Source of the DNA: a bacterium
GTDB lineage: Bacteria > UBA10199 > JADFYH01
Reading direction: 5' to 3'
DNA length: 64,000 nucleotides
Assembly: GCA_046346885.1 (NCBI GenBank)
Contig: JAXMHI010000002.1
Location: 216,768-280,767 of the forward strand
The position numbers and the translations under genes are program-made. The notes beneath the pieces were generated by a model. That model did no database searches, was not told the origin of the DNA, and saw only the letters and a program-made list of their open reading frames with translations. Below are positions 1-9,529 of this stretch, in pieces. The number at the start of each line of letters is the position of its first letter. The first letter of the stretch is position 1.

Positions 1-4
1 TGAA

Positions 5-2035
5 ATGGTTCCCGACTCCGTCTACAAGGGAAAAGACGGTGCCGTTTACTCTGTTTGGAAAAATTACAAAGACCCCAAGCAAAGCAAGATCGTCAAAAAC
101 GGAAACAATTCTGATTTCCAAACCGTCGACTTGAGTGCGACCTCTCCTTCGGCGGTGAACACCGAGTGGTCCGGAGTGGCTTCTCCTGCGCCCCTGGCAC
201 CCGGCGCCCCCGATCCCAAAAAGCCCGTTTTCATGGCGGATGCCGCGCCCAAGACGGTGTCGATCCATGAAATCGCGCTGCGCGACAAACTCAGCAAGAA
301 AGGACTCTCCAAGGACGAAGTGGACGCCTACATGCAGCGTTTCGACGACGCGCCTCCCGCTTATTCCACTAAAGACAAAGAAATGAAAAAGAACTTGGAT
401 GTGGTGGAAACGAAGGATGCGGACGAATTAAGAAAGATGATCGCAACGAGGGCCCGCGACAAGGCGGTGGCCCATTATAAGGCTTCCGGCGTGTCTCCCC
501 GTGAAGCGTACGATAACTTGAAGGCCCGGGGCGTGGTTGATGATCCTACGGGAAACATGCGACCTTCCGCCACGGCTCAATGGAAAGACGTGGACGTAAA
601 AGAATGGAAACCGGCCGTGGTGAAAGGGGAGTCGGCCAAGAAGATCAGTGAAGATCCCTTGGTTTCGAAATCGGATTTCAAGACCAACCCGGTGGAAGTG
701 CGTAAAGACACCGAGCGTCGCCTTTACTTGAAGAGCGCCGAAGAAAAATACGTGGCCTGGGCCACCTCGCCGAAGGCCACCCCTCCCACGAAGACGAGTG
801 GCTTGGGTTTGACCGAAGCGGAAGCAAGAAAACGTTTCAACGAGCGTGCGATTCAGTTGAAGATGATCGACGCCGAAGGCAATCCCACCGCCTTCGACCC
901 GGAAGCGACGGGGGAAAACGATCCCGCCCAAGCTTTTTTCCCGGTGGAGGCCGGCAAGTCCCGCTTTAACGACGACGGTTCGGTGAACGAAGATGCGAAG
1001 GGGAAATTTCGCCACGAAGATTTAACCGTCAACTACGCCGATCCCAAATTGGACGCGTCGAAATTAGATCCGGTCAGCCGCGCCGCCTATGAAAACTCGA
1101 AGAGCGAGGGGGCCCGTAACCTCCTTTATTACACCTTAACCGGCGAGCAGTTCGATGCGGCTCACCCGGTGGAGATTCCGAAGGACACGAAAGTGCTGAA
1201 TCCTCCTTTAAGCCGCACCCAAGCCTTGGCCTATATGCAGTCGAAAAATCTGACCGATGCGGAAGGCAAGCCTCTCCCCGGCGTTAGCGCCGATAGCATC
1301 ATGGCCGATGCCAACGGTATTCAATCGGGAGACTTGGGCAGCGAAAAGGTGAAGTACACGCTCGCCGCTTGGGAGCGGAACCAGATCGCCAAGACCTTGG
1401 CCGGCCCTCCCTACAACATGAACCCCCAAGAAATCACCCGGTTCATGCATTCGCACGGGTGGTTGGGGGATCATCCCAACCTTGAGAATATGGAAAGTTT
1501 CCGTAAGAAAGCCGCTTCCGCCAAGCCTGGCAGCGACGAAGCGAAGGCGATTATCGCCGAGGTGAAGGCCGCCGACGTGAAAGGCAACGATCCTATCGAT
1601 CTCACCGAACGCGATCGGGCAGCGGATATTAAAGACGCCTTAAATACCGCTTCCGCCAACGGGAAACACAACGACGCCAAGGACGGCCGCGAGGCGAGCG
1701 CCTTGGCCCAAGATAAGGCCGCCGATACTCAATTGAAGGTCGTTAAAATTCAAACGGAAAGCCAGGAAAAGATCGCCCGCGACAACCGGGAAGCGAAGCG
1801 TTTGGATGATGCGGTGCAAAGAGATTGGCAGGCGAAGGAAAACGAGAAGCAGCGCAACCACGATACGGAAGAGCGGGCGAAAGACCGCCAAAACCAGTTG
1901 ATGATGGCCCTTCTCCAATTCGTGGGACAGATGATCAGCACTGCAGTTCAAGCGATGAGCCAAGTGACCGCCGCTTCGATTCAAAGCTCCAACCAATTAA
2001 GCGGGCAAATCATCGGTGGAATGAAGCCCCGCTAA
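5..2035 (+). CDS. hypothetical large hydrophilic protein (Lys/Asp/Glu/Ala-rich, Gln/Ser-rich amphipathic C-terminus)
   Basis: Uninterrupted 676-codon ORF starting right after TGA at 1-3. No signal peptide, TM segment or family motif recognised. Confidence 0.5.
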   Translation: MVPDSVYKGKDGAVYSVWKNYKDPKQSKIVKNGNNSDFQTVDLSATSPSAVNTEWSGVASPAPLAPGAPDPKKPVFMADAAPKTVSIHEIALRDKLSKKGLSKDEVDAYMQRFDDAPPAYSTKDKEMKKNLDVVETKDADELRKMIATRARDKAVAHYKASGVSPREAYDNLKARGVVDDPTGNMRPSATAQWKDVDVKEWKPAVVKGESAKKISEDPLVSKSDFKTNPVEVRKDTERRLYLKSAEEKYVAWATSPKATPPTKTSGLGLTEAEARKRFNERAIQLKMIDAEGNPTAFDPEATGENDPAQAFFPVEAGKSRFNDDGSVNEDAKGKFRHEDLTVNYADPKLDASKLDPVSRAAYENSKSEGARNLLYYTLTGEQFDAAHPVEIPKDTKVLNPPLSRTQALAYMQSKNLTDAEGKPLPGVSADSIMADANGIQSGDLGSEKVKYTLAAWERNQIAKTLAGPPYNMNPQEITRFMHSHGWLGDHPNLENMESFRKKAASAKPGSDEAKAIIAEVKAADVKGNDPIDLTERDRAADIKDALNTASANGKHNDAKDGREASALAQDKAADTQLKVVKIQTESQEKIARDNREAKRLDDAVQRDWQAKENEKQRNHDTEERAKDRQNQLMMALLQFVGQMISTAVQAMSQVTAASIQSSNQLSGQIIGGMKPR

Positions 2036-2269
2036 AATCCCTTTTCGATCCATTTCGGCGAGTTCTTGGTAGCCGCCGATCATTTTGCCGTCGATGAAAA
2101 TTTGCGGCACCGTCCTCCAACCGGTTCTCTCCTTGAGAGCCGTCTTCTGGGAGGGGTCGGAAACGTCGATTTCCTCGAACTCGAACTTCCTCTCTTTGAG
2201 AAGCCGCTTGGCCGCGTCGCAGTAGGGACAATAGGCGGTGGTGTATACTTGGATGAGGGGTTTGGGCAT
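1997..2269 (-). CDS. grxC: glutaredoxin (CPYC active site, Grx3-like)
   Basis: 90 aa with YTTAYCPYCDAAKRLL, TVPQIFIDGKMIGGY. 3' end overlaps the convergent ORF 5..2035 by 39 nt. Confidence 0.85.
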   Translation of the reverse strand: MPKPLIQVYTTAYCPYCDAAKRLLKERKFEFEEIDVSDPSQKTALKERTGWRTVPQIFIDGKMIGGYQELAEMDRKGILAGLHSTDDLPA

Positions 2270-2360
2270 GCCTCTTACTATAGCTCCAACGGATTTTTTT
2301 CGTCAATTTAAGCCTTGTTAAGAGGTTGAAGAATTCAAAACCATCGGCTATGGTCGAGCC

Positions 2361-3482
2361 ATGAATTCCGTCTGGCCGTTCATCTTGGGGGGAGTGGCGC
2401 TGCTCGCGGCGATCCAGTGGTTTTTTCAAAGGCTTCTTTCCAAGAAACTCGCCGAAACCAAGCAAAACGATACTTCCTTACTCCTCCTTCAACAGCAGTT
2501 GGAGAGTTTGAGGGACCATCTGCGCCAAAATCTAGACGGTTCTTCCCAAAATTTCACCCAACAGATCGCCTTGCTCACCCAACAATTGCAGGAACGTTTC
2601 CACCAACAAGGCCAAATCCTTCAGATGACTCAAGAGACCGTGGGGAAGAGGCTCGATAATGCCGCCAAGGTGGTGGGCGAGCTGCAAGGGAAGTTAGGGA
2701 AACTCGAAGAGGCCAACTTAAGGATTTTCGAAGTGGGGAAGGACATCGCCTCCCTCCAGGAAATCCTCCGAACGCCCAAGCTGCGCGGCAATTTGGGCGA
2801 GCTTTTTTTGGGCGATCTTCTTCAGCAGATTCTTCCCCTAGATCATTTCGAGCTGCAGTACGGGTTCAAGAGCGGCGAGAAGGTCGATGCGGTGGTGAAG
2901 TTGGGCGGGCAGCTCGTGCCCATCGATTCGAAGTTCCCCCTGGAGAACTTCAAGAAATACGTCGAAACCAAGACGGAGACGGAGAAAAAGGCTTTCCGGA
3001 AAATTTTCTTAAGCGACGTGAAGAAGCACATCGACGCGATCGCCCAGAAATATATTCGCCCCGACGAAGGGACCTTCGATTTCGCCCTCATGTATATCCC
3101 GGCGGAAAACGTGTATTACGAGATGGTCATCAAGGAAGAGGCCTTCGATACCGAGTTTTCCGTTTTGGGGCATTCGATGGGGAAAAGGGTGATTCCCGTT
3201 TCCCCCAACAATTTTTATGTTTACCTCAATACCATTCTAATGGGACTGAAGGGTCTTAAGATCGAGCAGAGCGCGAAGGAGATTTTGGTCAATCTCACCC
3301 GCTTGCAGGGCGACTTGGGCCGTTTTTCGGAAGACTTTTCAAAGGTCGGAACCCATTTGGGCAACGCGCGTTCGGCTTATGAATCGGCCGAAAAACGTCT
3401 CGAACGCTTAGGGGAAAAACTAGATACCATGGGGCTTCCCACCGCCGAGACCAACTTAAAGCAGATCGTGGGAGGGGAATAG
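2361..3482 (+). CDS. rmuC: DNA recombination protein RmuC
   Basis: N-terminal TM, long coiled coil, C-terminal nuclease-like region with FDFALMYIPAENVYYE, typical of the RmuC family. Confidence 0.8.
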   Translation: MNSVWPFILGGVALLAAIQWFFQRLLSKKLAETKQNDTSLLLLQQQLESLRDHLRQNLDGSSQNFTQQIALLTQQLQERFHQQGQILQMTQETVGKRLDNAAKVVGELQGKLGKLEEANLRIFEVGKDIASLQEILRTPKLRGNLGELFLGDLLQQILPLDHFELQYGFKSGEKVDAVVKLGGQLVPIDSKFPLENFKKYVETKTETEKKAFRKIFLSDVKKHIDAIAQKYIRPDEGTFDFALMYIPAENVYYEMVIKEEAFDTEFSVLGHSMGKRVIPVSPNNFYVYLNTILMGLKGLKIEQSAKEILVNLTRLQGDLGRFSEDFSKVGTHLGNARSAYESAEKRLERLGEKLDTMGLPTAETNLKQIVGGE

Positions 3483-4294
3483 TGTCGAACGGATATACCT
3501 ACTACATTTACGCGGTTTCGGACGCCACCGGCGAAATGGCCATGAACGTGGCTTTCGCGGCCATGCGCCAGTTCAAGGTGGAAAACGTCAATATTCTGCG
3601 TCGGGCGAAGATCACCGACACGGCGCGGATCCGCCAGATCATCGCCGAGGCGAAAAAGAACCACGGCATTTTGATGCACACGCTGGTTTCCCACGAGCTT
3701 CGCAAGACTTTCCATGAGGAGGCCGAAAAAGAGGGGGTCGTCGCCATCGACATCATGGGACCCGTCATGGACGTGCTCTCCACCTACTTCCACGCGACTC
3801 CCAGCGACGAGCCGGGCCTCAAGTACCGGGTGACTAAAGATTATTTCAAACGCCAAGAGGCGATCGAATTTACCGTGAAGCATGACGACGGCTTGGGGCT
3901 GGATACGCTCGACACGGCCGACATCGTCTTGCTCGGCATCTCCCGCACTTCGAAGACGCCCCTTTCCATCTATCTCGCCTATCGGGGCTATAAGGTGGCC
4001 AACGTCCCCTTGATCCGCGACGTGACGCTTTCCGACGAGGTTCGCAAGGTCGACCGCTCGAAACTCGTGGGTCTGGTTGTTTCCTCCCAAAAGCTCGTCC
4101 AATTCCGCGAATCCCGCCTGATGAAGTTGGGCCGTCCCCTCTCCGAGGAATACGCCAACATCAACCGCGTGAATGAAGAACTGGAATATTGCCGCTCCGT
4201 GTATGAAGACCTGGGCAACATTCCGGTGATCGACGTGACGGACAAGGCGATCGAGGAGATCGCGACGGAAGTGTTGATGGTGCTCGGGAAGTAA
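3482..4294 (+). CDS. pyruvate,phosphate dikinase / PEP synthase regulatory protein (kinase/pyrophosphorylase, DUF299 family)
   Basis: 270 aa with LLGISRTSKTPLSIYLAYRGYKVANVPL P-loop-like motif. GTG start overlaps the rmuC stop. Confidence 0.8.
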   Translation: MSNGYTYYIYAVSDATGEMAMNVAFAAMRQFKVENVNILRRAKITDTARIRQIIAEAKKNHGILMHTLVSHELRKTFHEEAEKEGVVAIDIMGPVMDVLSTYFHATPSDEPGLKYRVTKDYFKRQEAIEFTVKHDDGLGLDTLDTADIVLLGISRTSKTPLSIYLAYRGYKVANVPLIRDVTLSDEVRKVDRSKLVGLVVSSQKLVQFRESRLMKLGRPLSEEYANINRVNEELEYCRSVYEDLGNIPVIDVTDKAIEEIATEVLMVLGK

Positions 4295-4297
4295 CAA

Positions 4298-5536
4298 TCA
4301 GTAAGGGTTGTTTTTAAAGTAGTTCCACCGACTCACGTAGAAACTCACGCTTTTTTGAAGCTCGCTCACCCCTTGCGTGTGGGAAAGGGTCGGGTTTTTG
4401 TCGTAGATGAAATCCATCGTGCCCAATTGGTAATTCGTTTGGAGGGCCGCGTCCAACCAGGCATTTTGGGTATGATCGTCGCCCTTCTTGAAGTCGGGAA
4501 TCATCCCCTCGTAAAAATGCGCGAAGGCGTCGAGCATCCGGTTGAAAAAACGCCAGCGACCGTAATGTTTCATATATTCGTAGCGCGCTTTGAAATCCCC
4601 GTAATTTTCCACTCCGGTATGAATGGTGTCAGCCAGCGATTCCGCGTCGAAGTGACTGACGTAAAGCCCCGCTTTTTCCGGAAAAGCCGGCTCTTTGCCG
4701 CGTGTAAATTGGTTGAGCGCTTGAAAGCAAATGAGCGGTGTGTCGCAACAGAGCGCTTCATGAAGCGTTCGGTTTTTCCCTTCCAGTAGAGAGGTGAGTA
4801 AGTAAGTCTTTGCCCGTGAATAATATTGCGGAAGGGAAAAGTGGTTCACCAAGGGGATGAGCTCGATGTAGTCGCCCGGATTTCCCAGCGCTTGTTCGAT
4901 GATGCGGAATTCGTGAATCTCATCCTCGGTCAGGTTTTTGAAGTAGAGGTCGATCTCTTTCCCGATGATCCAGGTAAACTTGAGGGGCCGGTTGTATTTC
5001 TTGCGGTAGATGGCCAAGCTTTCCGCCATGAGCCCCAAGTTTTTTCGGGGATCCAAACGCGAAATGCAAAGAACGTCGATGTCTTTTTTCGGAAAAGCGG
5101 TGGGGGCCATGACGCGTTCATTGGTGTAATCGGCGTCTTGGGTGGGCAGCAACAGCTTGTCTTTCTTTTCGGGATAATGGCTCCGAAACCACTTTTCCCG
5201 GGCGGGATTTTTATAGCACGTGAAATAAGCTTCCGCTTTTTCCGACCAAGGATAACTGTTGCACATCGAATTGGCCACGCTGAAGAACAATTCGGACAAC
5301 TCGGGATGGAGCTCATGGAGAAAATCGATGCCCTGGCTGAATAAGAGCCCCTTCACGAACTTGCCGTCATACCAAAGGGGAGGCAAGAGCAGCCAAAAAT
5401 CCAGCCAGTGATGATATTGAGGCTCATCCGCGTAGATTTCACCGCTATATTCTTGCAGATCCTTCCAGATTTGCTCGAGAGGTTTGTCGATCTTGGCGTT
5501 ATTGAAGTATTCGTAGTGGAAGATTTTTTCTGGCAT
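4298..5536 (-). CDS. glycosyltransferase (group 1-like C-terminal half)
   Basis: 412 aa; CISRLDPRKNLGL ... LLTSLLEGKNRTLHEALCCDTPLICF resembles the GT-B/GT4 EX7E region. Confidence 0.55.
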   Translation of the reverse strand: MPEKIFHYEYFNNAKIDKPLEQIWKDLQEYSGEIYADEPQYHHWLDFWLLLPPLWYDGKFVKGLLFSQGIDFLHELHPELSELFFSVANSMCNSYPWSEKAEAYFTCYKNPAREKWFRSHYPEKKDKLLLPTQDADYTNERVMAPTAFPKKDIDVLCISRLDPRKNLGLMAESLAIYRKKYNRPLKFTWIIGKEIDLYFKNLTEDEIHEFRIIEQALGNPGDYIELIPLVNHFSLPQYYSRAKTYLLTSLLEGKNRTLHEALCCDTPLICFQALNQFTRGKEPAFPEKAGLYVSHFDAESLADTIHTGVENYGDFKARYEYMKHYGRWRFFNRMLDAFAHFYEGMIPDFKKGDDHTQNAWLDAALQTNYQLGTMDFIYDKNPTLSHTQGVSELQKSVSFYVSRWNYFKNNPY

Positions 5537-5610
5537 AGGTTGATTTTGAGTTAAAAGACGCTTTTTTCAAAGAAATTCTTTCGCTCCCAGTGCCTTTGCA
5601 TCATCCTTCG

Positions 5611-6471
5611 TTATTTTCTTAAAACCGCTAAAAGGGTTTTTTCCGTCCCCCCCATTTCCACCTCATCCCCATATCTTACCGGATAATGCAAATGCGCCCC
5701 ATCCAAAAAAACGGCGGCTTTCGACATTTTGGAGACGATCTTCAGAGTTTTTCCCGGGGGAATTTTCCCGCGGATGAGCCGGTAAGGCTCCCCGTTTTTC
5801 ACGAACGGTTCCCGCACCCAAAATTGCAAATCCTTCGATTTCTTCCGCATCGGCTTGCCGCCCGCGGAGCGGATGGCGGCGGTGGAGCCGGCGGCGGTGG
5901 AGATCCAGATGCCCGACGATTTTTGCTCTTCGCTTTTTCCTCCGACTTTCAGCACATGCCGGGAAGTGCCGGCGGGCGAGACGTTGGCGAATAGGGCGTC
6001 GTTCAACGCCAAGACGGGAAGGGGGCGGCCGTTGATGCATACTTGGAGCCGGTTCAGGGGTAAGAGGGGGGCTTTACCTCGGAGTAGATCTTGAAAGATT
6101 TTTTCGAATCCCCTCCGGTCCGTCGCGCAAAAGGCTCCGTGGCTTTTTAGGGGATGCGAGTTGACCCCCAATAGCATTTGATGGGGCAGCGCGTAGTGGG
6201 AGGTGTCGAGGAAGGTTCCGTCGCCGCCGACGGTGATCAAAAGGTCGTAGCCTTTCACGTTCTTTAAACCGCCGCGTGGGGTGACGTGATGGGGAATGCC
6301 GTGATTTTTCAGAACTTCCAAGACGCGGGTCAGGCATCTTTGGGGTTCGGTCAACTTTTGAAAGGAAAGACGTTTGAGGCGGGCCTGTTGGAAGGGACGG
6401 TGCGGGCGCGGCGGCGAGCCAATCTCCTCTTTGTAAATGACGAGTACCTTGCGGATGTTGAGAGGTTTCAT
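5611..6471 (-). CDS. nadK: NAD kinase
   Basis: GGDGTFL motif (LLITVGGDGTFLDT). I moved the start to MKPLNIRKVLVIY (ATG 6469-6471), which gives an ATGA overlap with the nadD stop. The longer ORF to 6660 adds an Arg/Pro-rich non-homologous extension. Confidence 0.8.
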   Translation of the reverse strand: MKPLNIRKVLVIYKEEIGSPPRPHRPFQQARLKRLSFQKLTEPQRCLTRVLEVLKNHGIPHHVTPRGGLKNVKGYDLLITVGGDGTFLDTSHYALPHQMLLGVNSHPLKSHGAFCATDRRGFEKIFQDLLRGKAPLLPLNRLQVCINGRPLPVLALNDALFANVSPAGTSRHVLKVGGKSEEQKSSGIWISTAAGSTAAIRSAGGKPMRKKSKDLQFWVREPFVKNGEPYRLIRGKIPPGKTLKIVSKMSKAAVFLDGAHLHYPVRYGDEVEMGGTEKTLLAVLRK

Positions 6472-7001
6472 GAGTAGAGGCCCTTTTTGCGGATGTATTC
6501 CCCGACTTTTTCGGGGAGGAGGGAACGCCATTCCCCTCCCTGTCGGATCCGTTCCCGGATTTCGCTCGAGGCGACTTTCGGGAAGCGCGACTCTTCGTAT
6601 CCCGCGCGCGCGACGGGATAGATGGAAACCAGCTTTTTCAATTCTTCGTAGTCCTTCCACCGGTCGACTTCGCCGAAAAGGTCGCTGCCCATTACGAGGA
6701 AGAACTCATCTTCGGGATGTCTTTGTCGCAGATAACGGACGGTGTCGATCGTATAGCCCGTCGCTTCTCCCCTTTGCTTTTCCGTCGGATCGACCCTGAC
6801 CCGGGGGGCGAGGGGACCGAAGGCCAACTCGCAGAGCCGGAAGCGTTCTTCAAAAGGGAGGAAAACCTTGCCGAAAGGGTGGGAGTAACTGGGTAAAACC
6901 CAAACCTGGTCGAAGTCGCCCGAATCCGCCAAAGCTTTGGCGACCGCTACGTGCCCATTGTGGGGAGGGTTGAAGGAACCCCCGAATAAGGCAATTTTCA
7001 T
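6468..7001 (-). CDS. nadD: nicotinate-nucleotide adenylyltransferase
   Basis: MKIALFGGSFNPPHNGH (HxGH nucleotidyltransferase motif), 177 aa. Confidence 0.85.
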   Translation of the reverse strand: MKIALFGGSFNPPHNGHVAVAKALADSGDFDQVWVLPSYSHPFGKVFLPFEERFRLCELAFGPLAPRVRVDPTEKQRGEATGYTIDTVRYLRQRHPEDEFFLVMGSDLFGEVDRWKDYEELKKLVSIYPVARAGYEESRFPKVASSEIRERIRQGGEWRSLLPEKVGEYIRKKGLYS

Positions 7002-7051
7002 CGCTTCTTATTTATAAAGGGGGATGGGGGAGAAGTCCAGCGGGGGAAGGA

Positions 7052-7660
7052 TTATGGGGTTCCCGCGGAACGTCCTGCCTCGACTTTCAAGGAGATCGTC
7101 ACCTTGTCGCCCACCACCGGCCCGGCCTCGATTAGTTTGTTCCAGGTGAGCCCGTAGTCTTTTCGGCTGATTTCGGCGGAGGCCTGGAAGGCGATCTTGT
7201 CGTTGCCCCGTTGGTCTTTCACGGCCCCCAGGTATTTGCCTTTTAAGGTGAGCGGTTTGGTGACGCCGTGAAGGGTGAAGTCGCCGGTGATTTGCAGTTC
7301 TGGTCCCTGCCAGACCACTTTTTTGCTCTCGAAGATCATGGAGGAAAATTTCGCCGCATCGAAGAAATTGGGGCTTCTCAGGTCGCTGTCGCGTTTTTCG
7401 TTGCCCGTATCGACGGAGGCTACTTCGATTTTCGCCTCCACCTTCGAGGCTTCGGGTTTTTCGCCGACGGTGATCAATCCCGCGAACTGGTTAAATTTAC
7501 CTTCTACGGTCGAAATCACCAGGTGGGCGATTTCGAACCCCACTTTCGAATGGGCACTGTCGATCTCGTACTTTCCCGAAGGAGGGGTGCTTTCGGCGCC
7601 GAAGGCGATGGAAGTCCAAAATACGGTAAGGATCAATAGAAGTCGGCTGGTTTTTTTCAT
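7052..7660 (-). CDS. YceI-family periplasmic polyisoprenoid-binding protein
   Basis: Signal peptide, YEIDSAHSKVGFEIAHLVISTVEGKFNQFAG and the YceI-like barrel pattern. Confidence 0.8.
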   Translation of the reverse strand: MKKTSRLLLILTVFWTSIAFGAESTPPSGKYEIDSAHSKVGFEIAHLVISTVEGKFNQFAGLITVGEKPEASKVEAKIEVASVDTGNEKRDSDLRSPNFFDAAKFSSMIFESKKVVWQGPELQITGDFTLHGVTKPLTLKGKYLGAVKDQRGNDKIAFQASAEISRKDYGLTWNKLIEAGPVVGDKVTISLKVEAGRSAGTP

Positions 7661-7730
7661 GTTTTCCCCTTTTTGAAAATTTTAGGTGGAACGGATTCTA
7701 TCTCACACGAAGGAGGGGAAAGAAAGGCCT

Positions 7731-7771
7731 TTAAAAACAAAAAGGCCGTCATTTTCTCAATGACGGCCTTT
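7731..7771 (-). terminator. rho-independent terminator after tRNA-Asp
   Basis: 13-bp perfect stem aaaggccgtcatt / aatgacggccttt (7741-7753 / 7759-7771). Followed on the minus strand by TTTTTGTTTTTAA. Confidence 0.65.
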
Positions 7772-7778
7772 ATCATGA

Positions 7779-7852
7779 CGGAGCCGACGAGGCTCGAACT
7801 CGCGACCTCCCGCGTGACAGGCGGGCGTTCTAACCAGCTGAACTACGGCTCC
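7779..7852 (-). tRNA. tRNA-Asp (anticodon GTC)
   Basis: Reverse complement is GGAGCCGTAGTTCAGCTGGTTAGAACGCCCGCCTGTCACGCGGGAGGTCGCGAGTTCGAGCCTCGTCGGCTCCG. Cloverleaf folds, anticodon loop CTGTCAC, CCA not encoded. Confidence 0.9.
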
Positions 7853-8000
7853 GATTCGCTCGGGCCAGCAAAGCTGGACCCTCGCTAAAGCCCAGGGGAA
7901 GATCCTGCTCTCCCCCTTCAACCCCCATCGAGTAAGGACGAGAGTGAAAGGCGGTATACATCTTAGAAAAAAAAACTTTTGTCAACAAATGGAAAATAGA

Positions 8001-8072
8001 TGGGCGATGTAGGATTTGAACCTACGACATCTGCCTTGTAAGGGCAGCGCTCTACCGCTGAGCTAATCGCCC
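8001..8072 (-). tRNA. tRNA-Val (anticodon TAC)
   Basis: Reverse complement is GGGCGATTAGCTCAGCGGTAGAGCGCTGCCCTTACAAGGCAGATGTCGTAGGTTCAAATCCTACATCGCCCA. Anticodon loop CTTACAA, CCA not encoded. Confidence 0.9.
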
Positions 8073-8111
8073 AGAAAGTTGACACTCGATATACGATTTG
8101 GCGCTGTTTTG

Positions 8112-9524
8112 TCACCGTTTTTTCTTCGATGTCTTGTTTAAATAATCTTGGATGACCTTTTCGTAGCCGTTTTCCGTGGGATAGTAGTAAACGCGATCCT
8201 TCAAGGCGTCGGGCAGGTATTGTTGCTCGGTGACGTTTTTTTCGTAGTCGTGGGGGTATTTGTAGCCTTTTCCATAGTTTAAATCCTTCATCAATTTCGT
8301 GGGCGCATTGCGGATGTGGAGCGGGGTGGGGAGCGAGCCGTGGTCGTTTAAGTCTTGTTTGGCGCTTAAGTAGGCCTTGTAGCTGGCGTTGCTCTTGGGG
8401 GCGCTGGCTAGGTAAGTGGCCGCTTGTGCGAGCGGAATCCATCCCTCGGGCATGCCCACGAAATCGAAGGCCTGCATGGCGGCGATGGCCACTTGGATCG
8501 CCTGGGGGTCGGCGTTGCCGATGTCTTCCGACGCGAAGATCACCATGCGCCGGGCGACGAAAAGGGGTTCTTCGCCGGCTTCCAACATTCTCGCCAGCCA
8601 ATAGACCGCCGCGTCGGGGTCTGACCCTCTCATGCTTTTGATGAAGCAGGAGATGACGTTGTAATGTTCTTCGCCTTTCTTGTCGTAGAGCAGGGATTTT
8701 TTCTGAAGCGCGTCTTCGATGAGGGGGCGAGTGATCGTTTTCTCACCCTCTCCTCGATCCTCTCCCGTCGAGGGTGAGGGGAACCTCGGGAGTAACGAAA
8801 CCGCAATTTCCAACGTATTGAGCATCCGCCTCGCGTCTCCCTCCGAATGTTCTAGCAAAAGCGCTCGGGCCTCCGGTTCGAGCGTGAGGTGAAGTTCGCC
8901 CAAGCCCTTTTCCGTATCGGTTAAAGCTTTATCCAAAAGGTGGGAAAGCGCCTCTTCCGAAAGGGGTTTTAACACGAACACCTTCGTGCGGGAGAGCAGG
9001 GGACCGATCACTTCAAAAGAAGGATTTTCGGTGGTGGCGCCGATCAAAGTCACCGTTCCCTTTTCGATGTGGGGCAGAAAGGCGTCTTGCTGGGCCTTGT
9101 TGAAGCGGTGAATCTCGTCGACGAAGAGAATGGTCCTCTTGTGGTGGTATTTCAGGTCGTTTTGCGCCTTTTCGATGATTTCGCGGACCTCTTTCACTCC
9201 CGAAAGCACCGCGGAGAAGAAATGAAATTGACGCTTCGTGGCATGGGCGATCACGTGAGCCAAGGTCGTTTTGCCCGAGCCGGCAGGGCCCCAGAGGATC
9301 ATCGAGGGGATTTCGTCGTTCTCGATCATTTTCCTTAAGGGAGCCCCTTCTCCTAAGAGGTGTTCTTGCCCGACGAAATCCTTTAAGTCGTGGGCCCGCA
9401 GGCGCTCGGGCAGGGGGGTGCTCGATTTTTCCGCTTCCTGGTTTTGGTAATCGAACAGATCCGGCATAGGCACATCAAATGGGGCTTTTTCTCGGATGGG
9501 GGTTATGGTACTGGTTTTCATCAT
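8112..9524 (-). CDS. rarA: replication-associated recombination protein A (AAA+ ATPase RarA/MgsA)
   Basis: Walker A WGPAGSGKTTLA, Walker B ILFVDEIHRFNK, C-terminal MgsA region GSDPDAAVYWLARMLEAGEEPLFVARR. Confidence 0.9.
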   Translation of the reverse strand: MMKTSTITPIREKAPFDVPMPDLFDYQNQEAEKSSTPLPERLRAHDLKDFVGQEHLLGEGAPLRKMIENDEIPSMILWGPAGSGKTTLAHVIAHATKRQFHFFSAVLSGVKEVREIIEKAQNDLKYHHKRTILFVDEIHRFNKAQQDAFLPHIEKGTVTLIGATTENPSFEVIGPLLSRTKVFVLKPLSEEALSHLLDKALTDTEKGLGELHLTLEPEARALLLEHSEGDARRMLNTLEIAVSLLPRFPSPSTGEDRGEGEKTITRPLIEDALQKKSLLYDKKGEEHYNVISCFIKSMRGSDPDAAVYWLARMLEAGEEPLFVARRMVIFASEDIGNADPQAIQVAIAAMQAFDFVGMPEGWIPLAQAATYLASAPKSNASYKAYLSAKQDLNDHGSLPTPLHIRNAPTKLMKDLNYGKGYKYPHDYEKNVTEQQYLPDALKDRVYYYPTENGYEKVIQDYLNKTSKKKR

Positions 9525-9529
9525 AGTTT

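Noticed and set aside
3377-4297. 306-aa antisense ORF opposite the ppsR-like gene; similar long antisense ORFs at 15023..15649, 25212..26027, 11329..12186, 54245..54847, 45707..46300 and 56716..57369
   Set aside because: Each fully overlaps a gene with strong family motifs on the other strand. High GC keeps antisense frames open. None has a recognisable motif.
7673-8601. ORFs 7673..7888 (+) and 7963..8601 (-) in the track
   Set aside because: They run through tRNA-Asp and tRNA-Val respectively (and through antisense rarA). The tRNA cloverleaves explain the sequence.
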